Shown: piece after piece, positions 17,899 through 25,581 of the stretch | Layout of the letters: every line of letters begins with the position of its first letter | How positions within the stretch are numbered: the first letter of the stretch is position 1 | From: Myxococcales bacterium | GTDB taxonomy: Bacteria; Myxococcota_A; UBA9042 | Assembly (NCBI GenBank): GCA_037441385.1 | Contig: JBBISH010000059.1 | Span: 1 to 38,226 of the forward strand | DNA: 38,226 bases | Direction of reading: 5' to 3' | The notes under the pieces: model-generated | The model's input: only the letters and a program-made list of their open reading frames with translations | The model's database searches: none | Told to the model about the DNA's origin: nothing | Translations under genes and position numbers: made by a program

Positions 17899-18779
17899 GG
17901 CCGCCCCGCCGTTTGGGACCACACGTCGACGGCAAAGGCGAGGCCGCCGCCCAGCAGGGCGATCGACCGCTGGCCACGCCGCCGAACTCGCGGTTCCTTG
18001 GGGCCCACCGCTGCGACGGTCGCGGTGAGCCCTGCGCCCGACAGGACCGCGGCGACCGGTCCAGCGAACCACCGCCAAGCGGCTGCGATCGCCGCCAAAC
18101 CAAGTAGCGCAACCGCAAAGCGGGTGCCCGCGGGGCCCAGCCAAGCGGCGGTGGTGATGGCGCCTGCGGCTTGGTCCTCGTCCTGGTCGACCTGCTCGTG
18201 GATCAGCTGGTTCTGCAGCAGCAGCGCCGCGAACACGGCCGTCCATCCCAGCGCCCTCGCATCGGCCTCGGCCCGCGGAGCGACCAGCAAGAGGGGCGAG
18301 AAGATAAACACATTCAACAGCGTGCCGAACACGAGCCGGCGCTTGCCGCGCGGCCCAAGGCTGTAGACGGCGCCAGCCGCCAGGCTGATCAGCGCCGCCA
18401 CCAAGGGCAGGGTGCCACCCAGGCCGGCCCCCAGCGCGGTCGCCAGGGCTAGCAGCGTCAGCGTCGCCATTGCGCCCGGCGCCGGCGTCTGCCCGATCCA
18501 CGGGTTCTTGCGCGGGTCCACGTCGGTGTGACGCTCCGTCAAGCCATTGATACCATAGGCGAATGCCAAGCAGCCGGCCGCCACTCCGGCGCCACGGGCC
18601 AGCGCCGCCAGTGCCTCGAGTTGCAGCGGCCGCCATAGCCCCGCCGCGATCCCGCCGGCCGGAAGCACCAGGAAGTACCACCACTGCCTGGCCCGCACGC
18701 CCACCGCCAATTGCCGCAGCAGGCCGTGCTGTGCCGGGGCCGGAGGCGAATACGGGGCGTGGGGTGTGGGTTGCAGCAT
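17895..18779 (-). CDS. UbiA-family prenyltransferase
   Basis: Multi-TM protein with R..QW near the N-terminus, first motif INGLTERHTD..PRKNP, YS..P..K, and second acidic motif HEQVDQDEDQAAG..TTA. Start uncertain (ATG 18779 chosen). Confidence 0.8.
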   Translation of the reverse strand: MLQPTPHAPYSPPAPAQHGLLRQLAVGVRARQWWYFLVLPAGGIAAGLWRPLQLEALAALARGAGVAAGCLAFAYGINGLTERHTDVDPRKNPWIGQTPAPGAMATLTLLALATALGAGLGGTLPLVAALISLAAGAVYSLGPRGKRRLVFGTLLNVFIFSPLLLVAPRAEADARALGWTAVFAALLLQNQLIHEQVDQDEDQAAGAITTAAWLGPAGTRFAVALLGLAAIAAAWRWFAGPVAAVLSGAGLTATVAAVGPKEPRVRRRGQRSIALLGGGLAFAVDVWSQTAGRP

Positions 18780-18926
18780 CCGCGTCGACCCGCTCCGCGC
18801 CACCAGATGGTCGCGCTCACCGTAGTGTGCGGGATGGGCCGGGGCGAGGCAATGGCCGGATTCGGCGGCATCCCACGGCAAAGTGGAACAAATTCGAGCA
18901 GTAGAAAATGCCCCCCTTTTTTCGCC

Positions 18927-18954
18927 TTGACACGGGGGCGAGCGCGCCTATTCT
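18927..18954 (+). promoter_or_regulatory. Sigma70-type promoter for the tetR-efflux operon
   Basis: TTGACA (18927-18932), 16-nt spacer, TATTCT (18949-18954). Confidence 0.6.
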
Positions 18955-18997
18955 GACCGAGCAGTCAGTGACCGGTTGGTCATCGACTCGCTGGTCA
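18954..18997. promoter_or_regulatory. Three tandem TGAC-N6-GTCA operator-like palindromes, 15-bp period
   Basis: TGACCGAGCAGTCA (18954-18967), TGACCGGTTGGTCA (18969-18982) and CGACTCGCTGGTCA (18984-18997), directly after the -10 box and upstream of tetR. Confidence 0.75.
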
Positions 18998-19045
18998 AGA
19001 ATCCCGCCGCCCGACCGAATCCGTTTCAGCACGAGGTCTTGTCGC

Positions 19046-19732
19046 ATGGCCCGCCACGCCAATCCCAACTTGCAAGGGCAGTTGCTGGAAGCAGCCGTCA
19101 CCGTGTTTGCCGAGCGCGGCTTGCTCGCGGCCAAGGTCAGCGACATCACCGACTTGGCGGGCGTCTCTAAGGGCGCGTTCTACCTGCACTTCGAGTCCAA
19201 AGAGGCCCTGTACGAGCAGATGTGCCGGCAGTTCATTGCCGACTTGACCGGTCACCTGGCCGGCCACGGCAGCTTGATGTGCGGTCCCGAGGCGCTGGGC
19301 CTGCAAATGGTCGACCAACTGGCGGCCGCCGACGATGCGCTGCTGGACTGGCTGTGGCAGCGGCGCGCGCACCTGCAGATGCTGTTGGCCGGCGCCGCCG
19401 GTACGCCGCTGGCACACTTGAGCGATGTGTTCATCGAGTCCATCGAGAACTCGATGTTGGCCAGCATCGAGCGGATGCACGTGGCTTCGTGCCAGGAACC
19501 GATGCTGTCGTCGCAGTTCCTTGCCGCGATGGCCACGGGGCTCATCGTGATGTACGCCCGCAAACTGGTGAAAAACCACGAGCGGCCAGGCCTGACGCGC
19601 GATGTGCACCACTTCCGCCGCATCATGATGCTGGGGGCGCTCTTCACGCCGGACCAGCTCGAATCGCTCTGGACGAACGCCGCTCACCAGGCGCTGTCGT
19701 CGCCATCCCCCCTGCAAACTAGTGCAAAATAA
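19046..19732 (+). CDS. TetR/AcrR family transcriptional regulator
   Basis: HTH LLEAAVTVFAERG...VSDITDLAGVSKGAFYLHFESKEAL. GAGG before ATG 19046. Confidence 0.92.
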   Translation: MARHANPNLQGQLLEAAVTVFAERGLLAAKVSDITDLAGVSKGAFYLHFESKEALYEQMCRQFIADLTGHLAGHGSLMCGPEALGLQMVDQLAAADDALLDWLWQRRAHLQMLLAGAAGTPLAHLSDVFIESIENSMLASIERMHVASCQEPMLSSQFLAAMATGLIVMYARKLVKNHERPGLTRDVHHFRRIMMLGALFTPDQLESLWTNAAHQALSSPSPLQTSAK

Positions 19733-19742
19733 AGGTAGTACC

Positions 19743-20861
19743 ATGAGGCAGAAGATCGTCTATGTGATGCTGGTGCTTTCGGCCGTGGCGATGGGCTTGC
19801 TGCTCTACGTCAAGGTGAACAAGCGCCTGGACACCATGGCTTCCCTTGCCAAAGAGGCCGAGGCCAAGCAAGCCACGCAAAATCAGAAGGTGGCGCCCAA
19901 GCTCGTCCACCCCGAAGCCGGGCCGGCCACCGAGCAGTTGCACCTGACGGGCACGCTGAAGCCAGAGGCCGAGGTCTCGCTGGGCTTCAAGGTGCCGGGG
20001 CGGGTGGTCGAGATCGGCGTCAAGCGCGGCGACGTGGTCAAGAAGGGCGACTTCCTGGCGCGTCTGGATGCCCGCGACCTGCAAGCTCAGGCCGAGCAGG
20101 CGCAAGCCGGCAAAAAGGCAGCGGAAGCGCAGCGGGCGATCGCGTCGGACGCGCTGCGGCGCGCCAAGCAGCTGGCCGAAGCCGGTGCGGCGACCGAGCA
20201 GCAGGTGTTCCAGGCCAGCGGTCAGACCAGCGCCATCTCGGCCAGTATCGAGCAAGCCGGCGCGGCGCAACGCTATATCGAGGTCATCCAAGGCGAAACG
20301 CGGATGGTGTCGCCCATCGACGGCGTGGTGACGAGCGCCCCGACGGCACCCGGCTTTGTGGTGCAGGTCATGTCGGCGCCGGTGGTCACGATTCAGCGCT
20401 TGAGCACTCTGAAATTCGTGGGCCACTTGACCGACAAAGACGCCGCCCGCGTGCAGACCGGCATGGCGCTGCAGCTAGAGAGCGAGGCCGGCGTCAAGGC
20501 GCAAGGCACCCTGGACACGCTGATTCCCAGCGTGGACATGCTGACGCGCCGCGTGCCGATCGAGGCCACTGTGCCCAACGCCGAAGGCAAGCTGTTTGCC
20601 GGCTCGATGGTCGACGCGCAGATCGAAGTGCCGGCCGAGCCAAGCCTGGTGGTGCCGGTGTCGTGCCTGCTGACGGGCGAAAAGCCGTCGGTGCTGGTGC
20701 TGAACGACCAACGCGTGCTCGAGCGGCGCTTTGTCACCGTGGGGCGCACGCAGAAGGACCGCCTGCTGGTGCGCGCCGGCCTCAGCGCTACGGACACCGT
20801 CCTTGCCAACCCCGGCGTGGCCTGGCGCGAAGGCGAGACGGTGCCCGCCGCCGCCAAGTAG
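19743..20861 (+). CDS. RND efflux periplasmic adaptor (membrane fusion protein)
   Basis: N-terminal TM anchor, lipoyl half-motifs GRVVEIGVKRGDVVKKGDFLARLD and SPIDGVV, alpha-hairpin, C-terminal GL..TD.V. Confidence 0.92.
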   Translation: MRQKIVYVMLVLSAVAMGLLLYVKVNKRLDTMASLAKEAEAKQATQNQKVAPKLVHPEAGPATEQLHLTGTLKPEAEVSLGFKVPGRVVEIGVKRGDVVKKGDFLARLDARDLQAQAEQAQAGKKAAEAQRAIASDALRRAKQLAEAGAATEQQVFQASGQTSAISASIEQAGAAQRYIEVIQGETRMVSPIDGVVTSAPTAPGFVVQVMSAPVVTIQRLSTLKFVGHLTDKDAARVQTGMALQLESEAGVKAQGTLDTLIPSVDMLTRRVPIEATVPNAEGKLFAGSMVDAQIEVPAEPSLVVPVSCLLTGEKPSVLVLNDQRVLERRFVTVGRTQKDRLLVRAGLSATDTVLANPGVAWREGETVPAAAK

Positions 20862-20949
20862 ACCCTGCCAAGTAGCCCCTGCCGCGTAGCCGTTTCGCCC
20901 CGCCAATCTCACCTCGCCCCTGGACCGCCAACCGCAGTTGGAGCGCGCC

Positions 20950-23900
20950 ATGACGCTTTCGGATCTTGCTATCAAGCGACCAGTCTTCACCATCGTGATG
21001 CAGCTCGTGCTCATCGTGCTGGGTATGGTCAGCATCAAAGACATGGGGACGGACCTGTTCCCCGACGTCAGCTTCCCGTTCGTGATGGTCAGCACCGTGT
21101 ATCCCGGCGCGGCACCTGGCGAAGTCGAGAGCGAGGTCACCAAGCCAATCGAAGACGCCGTGGCCGGTATCGCCGGTTTGGACACGGTGCGGTCGTCGTC
21201 GCGCGAGTCGTTCTCGATGGTGTTCGTCATCTTCAAGATGAGCACCAACGTGGATCAGGCGGCGCAGGACGTGCGCGACCGCATCTCGGCGATTCGCTCC
21301 AAGCTGCCCAGCGACGCCACCGATCCCACCATTCGCCGCGTCGACGTGGGCGCGACGCCGGTGCTGATGTACGTGGCCTCGCAAGACGGCGCGACGAATC
21401 AGGATGTCAAGAAGCTCGTCGAGGACAAGCTCAAGCCGCTGCTGGAGCGCGTGCCCGGCGTGGCGGCGGTGGAAGTGGCGGGCGGCGCCGATCGCGAGGT
21501 CAAGGTCGAGGTGGACAGAAAACGCCTGGACGCGCTGAACCTGCCGCTGACGCAAATCGTCGACAAGCTGAAGATGGACAACCTGGCAGTGCCGGCCGGC
21601 CACTATGCGCAAGATAAACAAGAGATTAGCGTGCGCCTGAGCGGCGATTTCCAGACGGCCGAAGACGTGGGCCAAGTGGTGGTCGCCACCACGCCGTCGG
21701 GCACGCAGATCCGCCTGAACGAAGTGGCCGAGGTCTATGACGGACAGGCCGAAGCGCGCACCGACATTCGCTCCAATGGCAAGCCGGCGGTCGCCTTCGA
21801 GGTCATCAAGCAGTCCGGCACGAACACGGTGCAGGTGGCCGACGCGGTCAAGAAGAAGATCGACGAAGTGCTGCCGATGGTCAGCAAAGACTTGCGCTTG
21901 GGTACGATCTTTGACCAATCCACCTTTGTGCGCGAGAGCACGCACGAGGTGGAGATCTCGATCGTCTACGGCGGCATCATGGCCGTGCTGGTGATCTTGT
22001 TCTTCATGCTGGACTTGCGCTCGACCTTCATCTCGGCCCTGGCGCTGCCCACTTCGGTCATCGGCACGTTCTGGGTGATGAGCCTGCTCGGCTTCACGCT
22101 GAACATGATGACGCTGCTCGCGCTATCGCTCGCGATCGGTCTGCTGATCGACGATGCGGTGGTCGTCCGCGAAAACATCTTTAGACACCTAGAGATGGGC
22201 GAAGAGCCCGCGGTGGCGGCCAGCAAGGGCACCAGCGAGATTGCCCTGGCGGTGCTGGCGACCACGCTGGCCATCGTGGCGGTGTTCGTGCCGGTGGCGT
22301 TCATGCAAGGTGTGGTGGGCCAGTTCTTCCGCTCGTTTGGCCTCACCATTTCGGCCGCGACCATGCTGTCGCTGTTCGTCGCCTTTACCCTGGACCCGAT
22401 GCTGTCGAGCAAGTTGGCGGTCAAAATCGAGCACAACAAGAAGAAGAACGTGGTGGTGCGCTTCTTCGAGGCGATTCACACCGCGATGGAAGAAGCCTAC
22501 ATGGCCACGCTGCGGCTGTCCGTCAAGCACCGTATCCTTACGGTTCTTATCGGGATTGCCGCCTTTGCCGGCTCGCTGCAGCTGGCCAAGCTGATGGGCA
22601 ACGACTTTGTACCCATGGAGGATCGCGGGCAGTTCATCATCGACGTGGAGCTGCCGCCCGGCACCAGCCTGGACGAGACCCGCCGCCGCCTGTTGCCGGC
22701 CGAGCTTGGCCTGAAGCAAATCCCCGGCATCGTCACGGTTTACAGCAAGCTGGGGCCGAACACCGAGATCAACAAGGCGCAAATTCGCATCGTCGCGGTG
22801 CCCAAGACGGAGCGCAAAGACACGGTGTGGCAGCTCCAGGACGCGTGCCGCAAAGTGCTCGAGAAGGTGGAGGGTGCCAAAATCTCGATCGTGCCGCCGG
22901 CCTTTGTCGAAGGTCTGCCGTCGGGCGCGCCGCTGCAAGTGCTGGTGCGCGGTACGGATTTGGCGCTGCTGGAGCGCGATGCGGCCGCGGTTGAAGGGAT
23001 GCTCAAGGCGATCCCGGGCGTGGCCGACATCAACGTCACCTACGCGCCGGGCAAGCCCGAGCAGTCGGTGCGCATCGATCGCAAGAAGGCGTCGGACATG
23101 GGGATTCCGGTGGCCCTGGTGGCGCGGACCCTGCGCGCGGCGCTGGAAGGTGAAGAGACGGGCAAGCTGCGGGTCGAATCGGGGACCAGCAAGGAAGTCA
23201 AGATTCGCGTGCGCCTGCGGCAGAACGACCGGGGCAGCCTGGAGCAACTGGTGCGGCTGCAGATCCCGATCCCGCCCAAGACCATCATGACCCCGCAAGG
23301 GCCGATGCAGATTGGCGGTTTCATTCCGCTGGGCGACATCGCCCGCATCGAGCCCGAGTCGAGCCCGCAGGTCATCGATCGCCAGGACCGCGCGCGGCAA
23401 ATCGCGGTGACGGCGGTGCCCAAGGGCCGTTCGCTGGGCGAGGTGGTGAGCGAGCTGGAGGCCAAGCTGGCCAAACACAAGATGCAAGAGGGCAACTTCT
23501 ATCGGCTCGACGGCATGGTCAAGCAGATGAAGGAATCGGGCGAGTCGTTCGGCTTGGCCGGCCTGCTGGCGGTGGTGTTCATCTTCTTGATTCTGGCCAG
23601 CCAGTTCGAGTCGTTCATGCACCCGCTGACCATCATGATGTCGCTGCCGCTGGCGATGATCGGCGCGTGGATGGGCCTGTTCCTGACCGACAACTCGATG
23701 AGCATGGGCAGCAACATCGGCGTGATCCTGCTGATGGGCCTGGTGACGAAAAACGGCATCTTGCTCGTCGACGCGGCCTTGCAGTTGCAGCGCGACGGGG
23801 TCGAGACCGTGGCGGCGATCGTCGAGGCCGGGCGCAAGCGACTGCGGCCGATTCTGATGACCTCGGCGGCGATGATCCTGGGCATGTTGCCGACCGCCAT

Positions 23901-25452
23901 CGATCAGGGGCCGGGCTCGGAATTCCGCTCGCCGATGGCGATTGTGGTGATTGGCGGCGTGATCACGTCGACTTTGCTGACGTTGCTGGTGCTGCCGTCG
24001 GTGTTCTTGTGGTCGGATTTCTTGCGCAGCTTGCCAGGCCGCCTGTTCAAGAAGAAGCCGAAGCCGCCTACCAGCGGTAGTGGTCACCAGGCGCCGGCGC
24101 CACAACTGGTGGTGGTGCTGCTGGGTTCGCTGGGCCTGCTGACCTGGCCGCACAGCGCGCAAGCCAACGAGTCGCCTGCGAAATTGCCGCTGACCACCGC
24201 CGTCCAGCGCGCCATCGAGCGCAACCCCGACCTGAAGGTAGCGCGCGCCAAGATCGAGGAGTCCGAGGCGGCGCGCAGCAAGATCGTCAACGCGTTCTAC
24301 CCCGACGTGAAGGCGGTGGGGCAGTACGTGCGCAACAGCGACGAGGCCAAGTTCGACATCGGGCAGATGGCCTCTGGCATTGGCGCGGCGATGGGGCTGC
24401 CCATCAAGATCGACCCCTCCAAGGCGCCGCCCGCCACGGTCATTCAGGCCTACAACCAGTACGCCGGCATCCTGAGCGTGGATCAGACGCTTTTTGCCGC
24501 CGCGCCGCTCCTGTACGACAAGGCGAGCGAGAAGGGCATCGGCGCGCAGCGCATCGGCACCGTGGCGGCTGAGCGCGAGATCGCCTACCAGATGTCGGTG
24601 GTTTACTACAATATTGCTGGGTTGGATCGCATCATCGTGGCTGCCGGCCGGGCGGTCGAACTCGCGCAAAAGCGCATCGAGTTGCTGCAAAAGCGCAAGG
24701 CGGCGGGGACCGAGAGCGACCTGCCGATGCTGCGCGCCGAGGTGGAGCAGGCCCGCGCCGAGCAGGACGTGCTACGCGCCACCCTGGGCAAGAAGCAACT
24801 GCTTGAAGTGATTGGCATGCTCTTGAGCGACACGCCGCCCGAAGACATCGAAGTGCCGCCGCCACAGTCCCGGCCCGAGGGGTCGTACGATCAGTGGCTG
24901 CAGAAGACCCTGGCGGATCGACCGGATCTGGCGGCGCGGCGGCAAGCGGTCGAAGCCCAGCGCGCGCTGCTGATCGAGGCCCAATACCGCTGGCTGCCGA
25001 TGCTGGCGGCGCAAGGCGTGTACCGCTGGAGCAACGTCAAGGGCTTTACCGACAGCAATACGCTTTGGCAAATCACCGCGAACTTGGTGGTGCCGATTTT
25101 CGACCGCGGCCAGCGCTACGCCGACGCACGCGAGCGGCGGGTGACCCTGTCGCGCCTGCAGGCCGAAGTCGAGAAGGCCGAGGCGGACTTGCGGGCGCAG
25201 CTGCGGCAGGCGGCCAACGAAGTGCAACTGGCGGAAAACGTGGTCAAGATCGCTGCCAAGCAAGCCGAGATTGCCAAGCGCGGCGCGGAGATCGCGGCCA
25301 AGAGCCAGATCGCCGGCGTGACGACCCACCTGGAGGTGGACGAGGCCGAGACCAACTTGCGGCTGGCCGATGCCAACGTGGAACGCGAAAAGGCGAACTT
25401 GGACCTGGCGTTGCTCAAGCTCCGGCACCTGGTGGGCGAGGTGCGGCCGTAG
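20950..25452 (+). CDS. RND efflux permease (AcrB-like) fused to a C-terminal TolC/outer-membrane efflux domain
   Basis: Permease motifs AIKRPV, GLLIDDAVVVRENI, GLVTKNGILLVD and RLRPILMTS in the first ~1030 aa. Then KKKPK, a hydrophobic stretch and SAQA, followed by OEP repeats (AIERNPDL, RPDLAA, LVVPIFDRG). No stop between the two domains. Confidence 0.9.
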   Translation: MTLSDLAIKRPVFTIVMQLVLIVLGMVSIKDMGTDLFPDVSFPFVMVSTVYPGAAPGEVESEVTKPIEDAVAGIAGLDTVRSSSRESFSMVFVIFKMSTNVDQAAQDVRDRISAIRSKLPSDATDPTIRRVDVGATPVLMYVASQDGATNQDVKKLVEDKLKPLLERVPGVAAVEVAGGADREVKVEVDRKRLDALNLPLTQIVDKLKMDNLAVPAGHYAQDKQEISVRLSGDFQTAEDVGQVVVATTPSGTQIRLNEVAEVYDGQAEARTDIRSNGKPAVAFEVIKQSGTNTVQVADAVKKKIDEVLPMVSKDLRLGTIFDQSTFVRESTHEVEISIVYGGIMAVLVILFFMLDLRSTFISALALPTSVIGTFWVMSLLGFTLNMMTLLALSLAIGLLIDDAVVVRENIFRHLEMGEEPAVAASKGTSEIALAVLATTLAIVAVFVPVAFMQGVVGQFFRSFGLTISAATMLSLFVAFTLDPMLSSKLAVKIEHNKKKNVVVRFFEAIHTAMEEAYMATLRLSVKHRILTVLIGIAAFAGSLQLAKLMGNDFVPMEDRGQFIIDVELPPGTSLDETRRRLLPAELGLKQIPGIVTVYSKLGPNTEINKAQIRIVAVPKTERKDTVWQLQDACRKVLEKVEGAKISIVPPAFVEGLPSGAPLQVLVRGTDLALLERDAAAVEGMLKAIPGVADINVTYAPGKPEQSVRIDRKKASDMGIPVALVARTLRAALEGEETGKLRVESGTSKEVKIRVRLRQNDRGSLEQLVRLQIPIPPKTIMTPQGPMQIGGFIPLGDIARIEPESSPQVIDRQDRARQIAVTAVPKGRSLGEVVSELEAKLAKHKMQEGNFYRLDGMVKQMKESGESFGLAGLLAVVFIFLILASQFESFMHPLTIMMSLPLAMIGAWMGLFLTDNSMSMGSNIGVILLMGLVTKNGILLVDAALQLQRDGVETVAAIVEAGRKRLRPILMTSAAMILGMLPTAIDQGPGSEFRSPMAIVVIGGVITSTLLTLLVLPSVFLWSDFLRSLPGRLFKKKPKPPTSGSGHQAPAPQLVVVLLGSLGLLTWPHSAQANESPAKLPLTTAVQRAIERNPDLKVARAKIEESEAARSKIVNAFYPDVKAVGQYVRNSDEAKFDIGQMASGIGAAMGLPIKIDPSKAPPATVIQAYNQYAGILSVDQTLFAAAPLLYDKASEKGIGAQRIGTVAAEREIAYQMSVVYYNIAGLDRIIVAAGRAVELAQKRIELLQKRKAAGTESDLPMLRAEVEQARAEQDVLRATLGKKQLLEVIGMLLSDTPPEDIEVPPPQSRPEGSYDQWLQKTLADRPDLAARRQAVEAQRALLIEAQYRWLPMLAAQGVYRWSNVKGFTDSNTLWQITANLVVPIFDRGQRYADARERRVTLSRLQAEVEKAEADLRAQLRQAANEVQLAENVVKIAAKQAEIAKRGAEIAAKSQIAGVTTHLEVDEAETNLRLADANVEREKANLDLALLKLRHLVGEVRP

Positions 25453-25581
25453 AAGGGGTGTCTCTTCCAACTCTTCCAATTATCGGCACTTGTGTCGAAT
25501 CGGCTTTGCCGGGCCATCGCTGTCGGGTAGCCTGTCGCACTCCGTCATTCCCTCGCGCTGACCGCGACGACTCAGGAAGAC

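Noticed and set aside
16885..18684. 599-aa ORF as a single protein (also the 781-aa ORF 29278-31623 and 459-aa ORF 1262-2641)
   Set aside because: The N-terminal parts are off-frame overlaps of upstream genes. The real starts are at the ATGA/GTGA stop-start overlaps (17898, 30373, 1532).
18954..18997. Possible mini-CRISPR or iteron array
   Set aside because: Units are 14-bp palindromes separated by 1 nt with no spacers, and no cas or rep gene is nearby. A TetR operator array explains them better.
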